Source: a virus
DNA length: 64,000 nucleotides
IMG/VR virus record: IMGVR_UViG_3300025732_000026
Location: 1 to 64,000 of that record
Direction: 5' to 3' (one strand)
The notes beneath the pieces were generated by a model. That model did not search any database, was not told where the DNA came from, and was given only the letters and a program-made list of their open reading frames with translations. Positions 9,859 to 19,109 of this stretch are shown here, piece by piece. Both the position numbers and the translations under genes were made by a program. Position 1 is the first letter of the stretch; each line of letters opens with the position of its first letter.

Positions 9859-10176
9859 TCATTTAAACAATTTGAGAAATTTTTGAAAAATATTTTTCTC
9901 TAGTTCTTGTTCAGCTAATATTTCATCTTTTGACATAAAATTAAAATTAAAATTTATGTGATGTTTGACTGTAATCTTTTTAAGATGGTTAATCGCATCG
10001 TTAATATTTTTAAATTGGCAATAGCGTTCTTGGTATTCTGGTATAATCCAGACATTGCTCATTGTGTTATCTACAAATCCTTTATTTTTAGAATCATATA
10101 TTCCAAATTTTCCATTAGAAAATTTGGCTATTTTGAAATGGCCAGACTCAAATTCAGTATTTTCAGTTGTTTCCAT
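9859..10176 (-). CDS. Hypothetical protein
   Basis: Strong SD (AAAGGAG) upstream on the minus strand. Confidence 0.6.
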   Translation of the reverse strand: METTENTEFESGHFKIAKFSNGKFGIYDSKNKGFVDNTMSNVWIIPEYQERYCQFKNINDAINHLKKITVKHHINFNFNFMSKDEILAEQELEKNIFQKFLKLFK

Positions 10177-10188
10177 TATAATACTCCT

Positions 10189-10213
10189 TTCAATTCAATT
10201 CAATTCAATTCAA
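10189..10213. repeat. (TTCAA)5 short tandem repeat
   Basis: Five perfect copies between the tRNA 3' end and the next RBS. Confidence 0.8.
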
Positions 10214-10217
10214 AATT

Positions 10218-10294
10218 TGGTGCGCCGTCAGGGACTTGAACCCCGCCTCTTCCCTTATGAGGGGAACACTCTCGACCAGGTGAGTTACCAGCGC
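10218..10294 (-). tRNA. tRNA with CAT anticodon (elongator Met or Ile2)
   Basis: Minus strand GCGCTGG...TTCCC-CTCATAA-GGGAA...GGTTCAAGTCC...CGGCGC-A-CCA. Confidence 0.85.
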
Positions 10295-10341
10295 GAATTT
10301 ATCATACAAATACACAATCTTTAGTTGTATAACATGTTATT

Positions 10342-10719
10342 TTATTCCAATGTTATTTCTACTATCTCATAATAATCATTTGGATCATCTCGATATACGA
10401 AACTAGGAACATTTTCAACAATTAATTCAAATATATCACTATTTTTAATTTCATTATCATCAAAAATATTTACCTTAAATTTGACTTCAATTTCCCTAAC
10501 AGTATTATTTGATGTTTCTATTAGAGGATCAGTTGCATCAAAATGATACCAATTTTTTGTATTAGCAACTTTCCATATTTGCTCAGTTATATTCAATAGA
10601 TTGATTGAATATTCAATAGAATTGATATCACAATATTTTTCACAAAAATCATATAGTTTTTTACGAGAACTTTCCAATTTCTCCAATTCGATTTTTGGAA
10701 CTTTGATATAATCACTCAT
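10342..10719 (-). CDS. Hypothetical protein
   Basis: First ORF of the minus-strand accessory transcript. Confidence 0.55.
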   Translation of the reverse strand: MSDYIKVPKIELEKLESSRKKLYDFCEKYCDINSIEYSINLLNITEQIWKVANTKNWYHFDATDPLIETSNNTVREIEVKFKVNIFDDNEIKNSDIFELIVENVPSFVYRDDPNDYYEIVEITLE

Positions 10720-10801
10720 ATTTTATCCATATTAAATTAAATCAAATTCTCCGAATACGCATCGGAGAAACCGCGACTATATCCAAATCTTATTGGATAT
10801 A

Positions 10802-10903
10802 GATTTCCCATGACTAAGAGTATTTTGATGGTAAAATGAAACAAAGAACAACCTAACCATTAGTTGTAAGAATATATCAAAATACTCTTAGTCATGGGAA
10901 ATC
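10802..10903. repeat. Perfect 28-bp inverted repeat with 46-nt spacer
   Basis: GATTTCCCATGACTAAGAGTATTTTGAT (10802-10829) / ATCAAAATACTCTTAGTCATGGGAAATC (10876-10903). Confidence 0.95.
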
Positions 10904-10927
10904 AAATATTCTCACTCAACAGACAAA

Positions 10928-10956
10928 ATTGTAATATATGTTCAAATCAATGTCAA
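10928..10956 (-). promoter_or_regulatory. Sigma70-type early promoter driving the inverted block
   Basis: TTGACA-17 nt-TACAAT on the minus strand. Confidence 0.75.
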
Positions 10957-10976
10957 GAATTATTTTAGCACGCTAT

Positions 10977-10984
10977 CATAAATA
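10977..10984 (+). promoter_or_regulatory. Late promoter variant (CATAAATA) upstream of gp3
   Basis: The same variant precedes other late genes (50250, 54040). Confidence 0.55.
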
Positions 10985-11014
10985 TTAATATTACAATCGA
11001 TTTATCAAAAAATC

Positions 11015-11554
11015 ATGACAGTTTTAACTAGAACACCATCTAATCCTAATCTATTACATCCTAATAAGTTTCAAATTAGTTGTCCTAGATTACCTAATAT
11101 TCAATATTTTACACAATCGCTGGCAGTACCTGGAATTGCAATGTCAGAATCATTCTTTCCTACACCATTTGTTGACATCTACCCACCAGGAGAGAAAGCG
11201 ATATTTGATATTTTAAATATTACATTTCTTGTGGATGAAGAATTAACAGCATGGCTAGAAGTGTATGATTGGATTTTCGGCATGACTTTTCCAACAGATT
11301 TTTCAGACTATAATACACTACCAACACAATATCGAAATAAGGTAGGAACAACTAAAGACCGATTTCCACAATATTCTGACATGTCAATAACGATATTGAC
11401 ATCATCAAATAATCCAATAGTAAGATTTGATTATAAAGATTGCTATCCTACATCATTATCAAATTTTCTTATATCTGCTACGGATGATCCTAATAATCCC
11501 ATCACTTCAGACGTATCAATTCGATATGCATATTTCAAAACAACTATATTATAA
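11015..11554 (+). CDS. gp3: Tail completion / tube terminator gp3
   Basis: NLLHPNKFQI, LNITFLVDEEL..WLEVYDW, DCYPTSLS motifs; gp3-uvsY-uvsW synteny. Confidence 0.85.
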   Translation: MTVLTRTPSNPNLLHPNKFQISCPRLPNIQYFTQSLAVPGIAMSESFFPTPFVDIYPPGEKAIFDILNITFLVDEELTAWLEVYDWIFGMTFPTDFSDYNTLPTQYRNKVGTTKDRFPQYSDMSITILTSSNNPIVRFDYKDCYPTSLSNFLISATDDPNNPITSDVSIRYAYFKTTIL

Positions 11555-11560
11555 AACATT

Positions 11561-12004
11561 ATGGAAAAACAAACTGAGTTAGATTCACTTTTAGAAACAT
11601 GGAAAAAAGATTCAAAAATAAATATCACTGAACCCGGCAGAGAATTATTGAATATTCCTGTATTACACGGTAAATATTTGAATATATTATCAAATCATAA
11701 AGTTGCACTTAAAAGATTGGAAATAGAATATGCCAAATTGAAACGAATTAAATGGGAATATTACTCAGGAAAAATGGATGAAACGACATTAAAAAAATAT
11801 GGCTGGAACCAATTTCCTTATGTACTTAAATCAGATATATCAACATATATGGAATCAGATGATGATTTAACTAAAATTACTGAGACTAAGATTATATATG
11901 AGGAAATAATTGATGTTTGTACAGCAATATTGAAAGAATTGAATAGTAGAACATATCAACTAAAAGCTTTTATTGATTATGAAAAATTCATTCAAGGTGT
12001 CTAA
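11561..12004 (+). CDS. uvsY: Recombination mediator UvsY
   Basis: WKKDS, IPVLHGKYL, KWEYYSGK, NSRTYQLK motifs. Confidence 0.9.
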   Translation: MEKQTELDSLLETWKKDSKINITEPGRELLNIPVLHGKYLNILSNHKVALKRLEIEYAKLKRIKWEYYSGKMDETTLKKYGWNQFPYVLKSDISTYMESDDDLTKITETKIIYEEIIDVCTAILKELNSRTYQLKAFIDYEKFIQGV

Positions 12005-13465
12005 TTGCCCGCTGATATAATCTGCAATAAATTAAACGAAGTATATCTTAAAATAGAGTGTGATAGATCCATCGCTATGGAATTGAATGAATTTTTCTCA
12101 TTCTATATTAAAAATTTCCAATTTCATCCTAAAGTTAAAGCTAAAATGTGGGATGGTAAACTACGATTATTCGATCTTAAAAATAGAATATTGTATATAG
12201 GTTTACTATCTAAATTAATTCAATTTTGCAAATCTAATGATTATGAAATATCAATTGATAAAAATCTACATATAAAAAATGAAATAGTGGATGATGAATT
12301 GCTTGATATAATAAAAAATATAAATTTATTTGATAAGTTTAAACTTAGAGATTATCAAATAAATTCATTAAAACATTTTCTCAAATTTGAGAAAATGCTA
12401 CTCATATCACCAACAGGTTCGGGCAAATCTCTTTCTATATATTCTTGTATCAACTCCATAATAAATGATGTTGATAGAATTTTAATACTAGTACCTAATG
12501 TATCTTTAGTTCATCAAATGTATGATGATTTTGAACAATATGGATTTGATTCCGATAAATACTGCCATCGTATATATTCTGGAATATCAAAACACTCATC
12601 TAAAAAAATATTTATATCGACATGGCAAAGTATATATAATAATGATCCAGAATATTTTAAACAATTTCAAGCAGTTATAGCAGATGAATGTCATTTATGT
12701 TCCGCAACATCGCTTACTAATATATTAAATGCTTGTATTAACGCAAGATATAAGATAGGTGCAACAGGATCATTAGATGATAGTAAAACCAATGAATTAG
12801 TTCTTGTAGGTTTATTTGGAAATATTTTTAAAGCAACATCTACGATTGATTTAATGAATAAAGGACAGTTATCGCCTTTAGATATTAAATGTTTATTACT
12901 TAAACACCATAATATAGATAAAGCTGTCAAAAAGTGGTCTTTTAGTGATGAGATTCAATATTTGGCATCTAATAATGTAAGAAATAATTTTATTAAAAAT
13001 CTAGCAGATTCGCTAAAAGGAAATACACTAATACTATTTACATTGATCGAGAAACATGGAAAAGTATTAAATGAATTATTAAAGTCCAATTCAAAAAAAG
13101 TATATTTTATTCATGGTGGAGTAGAAGTAAAAGAGCGAGAAGATATTAGAAAAATACTTGAAGTTGAAAATAATGCAATTATTTTAGCGAGCTATGGAAC
13201 ATTTTCAACGGGTGTAAATGCCCCCAATATTTCTAATATTATATTTGCAAGTTCATACAAATCTCAAGTGAAAGTAATACAGAGTATAGGTAGAGGTTTA
13301 CGACTACATATAAATAAAAAACAAGCAACATTATATGATATTGCTGATGATTTGAGAATAGATAAGCATGTAAATTTTACACTTAAACACTTAAATGATC
13401 GATTAAGTATCTACGATAAAGAAAAATTTGAATACAAGATTTACAAAATAAACTTAGGGAAATGA
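12005..13465 (+). CDS. uvsW: UvsW SF2 DNA helicase
   Basis: WDGKLRLF, SPTGSGKS, DECH, ASYGTFSTG, QSIGRGLR motifs. Confidence 0.95.
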   Translation: MPADIICNKLNEVYLKIECDRSIAMELNEFFSFYIKNFQFHPKVKAKMWDGKLRLFDLKNRILYIGLLSKLIQFCKSNDYEISIDKNLHIKNEIVDDELLDIIKNINLFDKFKLRDYQINSLKHFLKFEKMLLISPTGSGKSLSIYSCINSIINDVDRILILVPNVSLVHQMYDDFEQYGFDSDKYCHRIYSGISKHSSKKIFISTWQSIYNNDPEYFKQFQAVIADECHLCSATSLTNILNACINARYKIGATGSLDDSKTNELVLVGLFGNIFKATSTIDLMNKGQLSPLDIKCLLLKHHNIDKAVKKWSFSDEIQYLASNNVRNNFIKNLADSLKGNTLILFTLIEKHGKVLNELLKSNSKKVYFIHGGVEVKEREDIRKILEVENNAIILASYGTFSTGVNAPNISNIIFASSYKSQVKVIQSIGRGLRLHINKKQATLYDIADDLRIDKHVNFTLKHLNDRLSIYDKEKFEYKIYKINLGK

Positions 13466-13800
13466 TGCAAGAGCATAATGTAAAAATTTTTAGAATGAAA
13501 GATAATATTGATGTTATTTCCAAATATGAAGAAATTAATGGATTTGAGATTAAATTAATTGATCCATTAATTATAGGTATTGAAATGAGAGAAAAAGAAC
13601 CGGTAATGATGCTTTTAGCGTGGCTACCAGCAGTTCTATTAAAAAAGAATGAAGTTATTTTAAAAATAAATGATTTAATTATGTTAGAACCTACTGATGA
13701 TGTAATTGAATTTTATATATCAGCTTGTAGTAAACATTCTATAATTGAAGATGAAGAATATACTGAAGATATAGATTCTAATAAAAGAATTCTACATTGA
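13462..13800 (+). CDS. Conserved T4-like hypothetical protein downstream of uvsW
   Basis: Sm-like pattern with an acidic tail ending ILH; typical position. Confidence 0.6.
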   Translation: MMQEHNVKIFRMKDNIDVISKYEEINGFEIKLIDPLIIGIEMREKEPVMMLLAWLPAVLLKKNEVILKINDLIMLEPTDDVIEFYISACSKHSIIEDEEYTEDIDSNKRILH

Positions 13801-13836
13801 GTAAAGACTTAAAGAGAAAAGTTGCGTGGAGCGCAA

Positions 13837-13971
13837 TCTTTAGGAACGTAGTGACTAAAGATTTAATTGTAGAATATTAGTTGCAAATAATCAGTATATA
13901 AATTAATATCTGTATTTACTTCGTAAATGCGGCGTATTACGCCGTTTCTTTAGGAACGTAGTGACTAAAGA
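13837..13971. repeat. Two direct copies of a 25-nt hairpin, 110 nt apart
   Basis: TCTTTAG-GAACGTAGTGA-CTAAAGA at 13837-13861 and 13947-13971. Confidence 0.9.
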
Positions 13972-14328
13972 ATAAATCATTTAAGTATACACTTTAAATA
14001 AAGACTTGATTTATACTAATATAATGTGATTTTAAAGAAAAAAGAGTAATTGTGCAGATTATGTTTTATATAATCAATCTAACTATAGGTTTTATGATAA
14101 CATATTTTGAGACAAAAGTCAACTTTATTTTTACTAGATTGTTGTAAAAAAGATACAATAAAATTAGATTTATATCAGATAGAGTATTGTCGAATTACAA
14201 AGAAAAAATAGTATGTTTTTCTTTGTAAAAATATGAATAAATATATATAATTTATTGAATATTAATTAATTTTCTATATGAAATAAAAAGAGGGTATTCA
14301 ATTGACGATTTATTATTAAATTGTTTAG

Positions 14329-14357
14329 TTGACATATCATTTCAATTAATATATACT
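14329..14357 (+). promoter_or_regulatory. Sigma70-type promoter for gp55
   Basis: TTGACA-17 nt-TATACT. Confidence 0.75.
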
Positions 14358-14384
14358 ATCTAATTCAAATTAATAGGTAGAAAA

Positions 14385-14915
14385 GTGGCAAATAACCATT
14401 ATTTGGATAATGATTTCTTTTTAAAAGAATTAATTGAACATAAAAATAAATGTAACTTAGCCAAAGATGCTGGACTAGATGCACCTACGATTTCCAATTA
14501 TCTAGGTAAAGCTTTTTTATTATTAGTTAATAATATAATTAAAAAAGCTGATTACTCTAATTATCCCATTCAAGTTCGGGAAGATATGGTTTCCGATGCG
14601 ATATTGAATTGCATTCAATATATCAATTCCTTCAAAGCCGAAACATCAAGTAATCCGTTTAGTTATTTTACTATGATAATACATAGGGCATTTTGGCGCA
14701 GAATTGAAAAGGAAAGAAAGAGACTATATCAAAAATATAAGTATATTGAAAATTCTGGTATAATGGATGAGGAAGGATTATATGAAGATTCTGATGTCGA
14801 ACACCAGTATGATCAATATGATAATATCTCAAATTTTATTAGGATTTACGAAGAAAATGAGATTCGTAAAAAATTAAATAAGAAACAATCAAAATTGGAG
14901 AAATTTTTTGAGTGA
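14385..14915 (+). CDS. gp55: Late-transcription sigma factor gp55
   Basis: HYLDN, EDMVSDAILNCIQY, NPFSYFT..AFWRRIEKE motifs. Confidence 0.93.
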   Translation: MANNHYLDNDFFLKELIEHKNKCNLAKDAGLDAPTISNYLGKAFLLLVNNIIKKADYSNYPIQVREDMVSDAILNCIQYINSFKAETSSNPFSYFTMIIHRAFWRRIEKERKRLYQKYKYIENSGIMDEEGLYEDSDVEHQYDQYDNISNFIRIYEENEIRKKLNKKQSKLEKFFE

Positions 14916-15393
14916 TTTTATTGAATCTAAGGAATTTGTTGAACATTTAGATGCTTGGTTATTCAAATCTAATCCAAAAGATTCCAATTGGATTTATTTG
15001 AATAGAAATAAAATTCCAGAATATTTTAGAAAAAATCCAAAATATTTGTATAAGGGACTATTTGGTGTTCCAGAATTGTTCAATTTTAAAACTGGATTTG
15101 TTAAGTTACATGGTGCAGTATCATTTTCTGAAAGTCAATCTGTAGCAATACAGTTCTTAAATGATTCATCATTCAAGTTCAATGATCGAACAGATAATAA
15201 GATTAAAATATTAATTAGAAAGAAATTTCCTAGCGTTGTTTTTGACATATATAAATATTTTCTTTTCTACGGTGAAGATAAACTATTGAAAATGGGTTTT
15301 GATGAAATGAATATTGATTCGATGAAAAAAGAAAAGGAAATTTTAGTATATGACGTTAAAATTAAGTCAACTGATTTTACTATTATCAAATGA
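14908..15393 (+). CDS. Hypothetical protein, possible ADP-ribosyltransferase fold
   Basis: LYKG...SFSESQSVA..F...EKEILV resembles the R-S-E ART motifs. Confidence 0.45.
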   Translation: MSDFIESKEFVEHLDAWLFKSNPKDSNWIYLNRNKIPEYFRKNPKYLYKGLFGVPELFNFKTGFVKLHGAVSFSESQSVAIQFLNDSSFKFNDRTDNKIKILIRKKFPSVVFDIYKYFLFYGEDKLLKMGFDEMNIDSMKKEKEILVYDVKIKSTDFTIIK

Positions 15394-16460
15394 AGATAGC
15401 AATTTTAGGTGATACTCATTTTGGCATTAGAAATGGTGATACATCATTTCATTCATATTATAAAAGATTCTATGATTTTTTTATTGAATATCTAATCGAG
15501 AATGATATTCATACCGTTATTCAAACAGGTGATTTATTTGATAATCGTAGATTTATTAATATCAATTCGTTGAAATTAGTTAGAGACTACTTCTTTGATA
15601 GACTTTTAAATAACGATATTCAATTACATACAATTATAGGTAATCATGACATCTTTAATAAAAATACAGTATCGGTTAACTCCCCTGATTTATTATTTCG
15701 AGATTATTCAAATATTACTATTCATAACAGGTTCAATACTATTAAGATTGGTGGGTTGAGTATTGATTTTGTACCTTGGATATGCGACGAAAATCATGAT
15801 GAAATAGTTGAATCCATAAAAAATAGCAAATCTGATATATGCGTGGGACATTTTGAGTTAAATAATTTTTGCATGTATCGTGGAATACCACATCTGAATG
15901 GTGAATTTGATTCTAGTTTCGTGAAGAACTATAAGATGACTATTAGTGGACACTTCCATCATAAATCAAGTTCGAAAAACATTCATTATGTTGGTACACC
16001 ATATCAACTAACATGGGCTGATTATGAAGATGATAGAGGATTTCATATTTTAGATATTGATTCATTAAAATTAGATTTTCATTTGAATCCTTTTACAATT
16101 TTTCAAAAAGTCACGTATGATGATACGATTCAAGATATGGAATATTGGACAAAAATATTCGACTATGAGAAATTAAAAGATAATTTTGTTAAATTAATAA
16201 TTGATAATAAGTCTAATCCTTATATATTTGATACTGTATTAGATCGAATTCAGAAAATAAGTATTTTAAAATTGAATATTGTTGAAAACCACAATCATAA
16301 TGAATTGGATGATTTTCAAGAAGAAACTGATACTGAAGATACTATGGCTATATTGAATCATTTTATAGATGAAAATGAATTACAATTGGACAAAAATAAG
16401 TTCAAGTCTTTGATTCATGTAATATATAATGAGGCATTAAATACTGGAGTAACGGATTGA
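15390..16460 (+). CDS. gp47: Recombination endonuclease subunit gp47 (Mre11/SbcD-like)
   Basis: GDTHFG, GDLFD, GNHD, SGHFH metallophosphoesterase motifs. Confidence 0.95.
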   Translation: MKIAILGDTHFGIRNGDTSFHSYYKRFYDFFIEYLIENDIHTVIQTGDLFDNRRFININSLKLVRDYFFDRLLNNDIQLHTIIGNHDIFNKNTVSVNSPDLLFRDYSNITIHNRFNTIKIGGLSIDFVPWICDENHDEIVESIKNSKSDICVGHFELNNFCMYRGIPHLNGEFDSSFVKNYKMTISGHFHHKSSSKNIHYVGTPYQLTWADYEDDRGFHILDIDSLKLDFHLNPFTIFQKVTYDDTIQDMEYWTKIFDYEKLKDNFVKLIIDNKSNPYIFDTVLDRIQKISILKLNIVENHNHNELDDFQEETDTEDTMAILNHFIDENELQLDKNKFKSLIHVIYNEALNTGVTD

Positions 16461-18169
16461 AGTTAGTATTTAAAAGTATACGGTGGAAGAATTTTTTAAG
16501 TACAGGTAATTATTGGAATTCAATTGATTTGAATATTAATGATAATGTATTGGTGTATGGAGAAAATTCTTTTGGAAAATCTACCGTGTTGGATGCCCTA
16601 TGTTTTTCATTGTATGGAAAAGCATTTAGAAACATCAATAAGGGCAATCTAATAAATTCAATTAATCAGAGAGAGTGTTTAACTGAGATTGAATTTGAAA
16701 TTAGTAATAAATCATATAGAATTCTTCGTGGCATTAAACCTAATATTTTTGAGATATATTGTAATGATGTATTATTGAATCAAGATGCCGCTATCAAGGA
16801 TTATCAAGAGTATCTCGAAAAAAATATTATCAAGCTAAATTACAAATCGTTTACTCAGATTGTAATTCTAGGTTCGGCATCTTTTACACCTTTTATGCAA
16901 TTGACGGCAGCAGATCGTAGAGGTGTTATAGAAGATTTATTGAATATTCAAATATTCTCGACTATGAATGAAATAGTCAGGAATAAGTTATCAGTAAATA
17001 AAGATTCTATTCTCGAAATGAAATATTCTAAAGATTTATTAGAACAAAGACATGATATTATTGAAAAACATTTAACAGAATCTAAGTTAGATAAGAAAAA
17101 TGAAATAGAAAAATGTGAAAATGAAATAGCAGTATTGAATTCCAATATTGTTTGTTTAAGTGAGAAAAAAGAGTCTCTAAATGAACAATTGATAAAGTAT
17201 CAGGATATCCATAAAAATTCGGCGTCAATCAAAGAATCATATGCGAAACTCCATAAAATGAAAATTAGAGGTGAAAGTAGTTTAAAGAAACTTCAAATGG
17301 AATTAAGTTTTTTTTGTGATAATGATACTTGTCCAACTTGTATGCAGGAAATCTCACCAAATATTAAAGATGAAAAAAAGAGTGAAATTTCAGAAAAAAT
17401 TAATGAGTTAAATAATACTCTTATTAAACTAGATAATAAAATTTTTATAGTTGATAAAAATAGTAGAATAATGGATAATGTTGCATCAAAAATTCAAGAA
17501 TTGAAAATGCAAATTCGAGAAATTGATATTTTATGTTCTACTAATAAAACACAAAGAGAAAATATTGCAAATAAAAAGCAATCGTTATATAATGCTAATC
17601 GATTAGTTGAAAATACCGAAAATGATTTAATTGATATTAAGAATCAGATAGATGTTATTGATGCGAAAATAATCGATCTTGTATTAGATAAGCATCATTT
17701 AGAAGCTGCCGCAAATATGTTTAAGGACAATGGTATAAAAACTAGAATCATTAAGCAATATTTACCATTGATTAATAAAACTATCAATAAATATTTGAGT
17801 TTACTTGAATTTTATGTTGATTTTTCTTTTGATGAAACTTTCAAGGAAACTATTAAATCCAGACATAGGGATGAGTTTAGTTATTATAATTTTTCAGAAG
17901 GCGAAAAATCAAAAATAAATTTAGCAATTCTTTTCTCTTGGCGAGAACTAACATTATTGAAATCATCATTTAACACAAATCTATTAGTCATGGATGAAAT
18001 CATTGATGGTGCATTAGATTTGAATGGTATTGATTGTTTTTGGAATCTGATAGGCAATTTAAAAGATTCAACTGTTTTTATAATATCACCAAAAGGTGAG
18101 AACTATCTTGATAAATTTTCAAAGAATATTAAATTTATTAAACAGAATGGTTTTTCGAAAATTGAATAA
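16457..18169 (+). CDS. gp46: Recombination ATPase subunit gp46 (Rad50/SbcC-like)
   Basis: WKNFLSTGN, Walker A GENSFGKS, CPTC zinc hook, FSEGEK, MDE motifs. Confidence 0.95.
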   Translation: MKLVFKSIRWKNFLSTGNYWNSIDLNINDNVLVYGENSFGKSTVLDALCFSLYGKAFRNINKGNLINSINQRECLTEIEFEISNKSYRILRGIKPNIFEIYCNDVLLNQDAAIKDYQEYLEKNIIKLNYKSFTQIVILGSASFTPFMQLTAADRRGVIEDLLNIQIFSTMNEIVRNKLSVNKDSILEMKYSKDLLEQRHDIIEKHLTESKLDKKNEIEKCENEIAVLNSNIVCLSEKKESLNEQLIKYQDIHKNSASIKESYAKLHKMKIRGESSLKKLQMELSFFCDNDTCPTCMQEISPNIKDEKKSEISEKINELNNTLIKLDNKIFIVDKNSRIMDNVASKIQELKMQIREIDILCSTNKTQRENIANKKQSLYNANRLVENTENDLIDIKNQIDVIDAKIIDLVLDKHHLEAAANMFKDNGIKTRIIKQYLPLINKTINKYLSLLEFYVDFSFDETFKETIKSRHRDEFSYYNFSEGEKSKINLAILFSWRELTLLKSSFNTNLLVMDEIIDGALDLNGIDCFWNLIGNLKDSTVFIISPKGENYLDKFSKNIKFIKQNGFSKIE

Positions 18170-18194
18170 TATTTTATTTTAAAAGAGATGATAA

Positions 18195-18773
18195 ATGACT
18201 GAAATTTTAACAATTAATACTGAGCAAAATATAATTAAACATGATTTAATTGAACCATTGACAGTTTATACTGAAGGTTTTGAATCTCTAAATCAACGTA
18301 TACCCGAATACACTGGAAAATTACCAGATACTAAAATATCAAAAATTATTGATCAGTTAAAAGTGACGATGAAAAAATATAATGGCATGGGATTAGCAGC
18401 TAATCAATGCAATATTAATTTGAGATTGTTTATTTTAGGTTCAGAAAATTTTCAGTTTGTTTGTATAAATCCTAAAATATTGCGATGTTCTGATAAAATG
18501 ATTAGAGATAAGGAAGGTTGTCTTTCATATCCTGCATTATTTTTATCCAAGGAACGACCCGAAACAATTGAAGTAGAATTTTTGACGGAACAAGGTGAAC
18601 TTAAACAAGTAGAATTTTCTGGATTAACAGCTAGGATTTTCTGCCATGAATTGGATCATTTAGATGGTAAATTATTTACCGATAGTATTGGAAAAACGTC
18701 AATGCTTTTGGCTAGACAGAAGCAACAAAAATTGATCAAGAAGTTTTCGAGAATTGTTAAAAACAAATATTAA
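18195..18773 (+). CDS. def: Peptide deformylase
   Basis: All three PDF motifs present: GMGLAANQ, EGCLS, HELDHLDG. Confidence 0.95.
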   Translation: MTEILTINTEQNIIKHDLIEPLTVYTEGFESLNQRIPEYTGKLPDTKISKIIDQLKVTMKKYNGMGLAANQCNINLRLFILGSENFQFVCINPKILRCSDKMIRDKEGCLSYPALFLSKERPETIEVEFLTEQGELKQVEFSGLTARIFCHELDHLDGKLFTDSIGKTSMLLARQKQQKLIKKFSRIVKNKY

Positions 18774-18779
18774 ATTAAA

Positions 18780-19109
18780 ATGATAGAATCGACCAAATAT
18801 GATAGTTGTTTAGATGTTAGTAGCTCAGATAGAAAAATATCTGATTTTATGGACTTATCTGAAACTGAAAAGGAAGAATTATTCATTGATAAAGAATGGA
18901 AAAAATACTGGATCAATATGCCAGAATTTGTTCAAGAGGATAAACCCCCTCATCGAAGAATTATTCTAAATTTTAGAAGTGAAGATGATTATCAAAATTT
19001 TGCAAAATTGATCGAACAAAATTTGACAGAAAAGACTAAAAGTATATGGTATCCTAAATTAGAAAAAGATGATAATTTTTTGAAACGTTGGATAGAAGTT
19101 GAAGAATAG
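18780..19109 (+). CDS. Conserved hypothetical protein preceding the glycosyltransferases
   Basis: WxxMPEF...TKSIWYP pattern; coupled to the GT genes. Confidence 0.6.
   Translation: MIESTKYDSCLDVSSSDRKISDFMDLSETEKEELFIDKEWKKYWINMPEFVQEDKPPHRRIILNFRSEDDYQNFAKLIEQNLTEKTKSIWYPKLEKDDNFLKRWIEVEE

Noticed and set aside
13837-13971. Two palindromic 25-nt repeats as a mini CRISPR array
   Set aside because: Only two copies, an 85-nt gap that itself contains hairpins, and no cas context.
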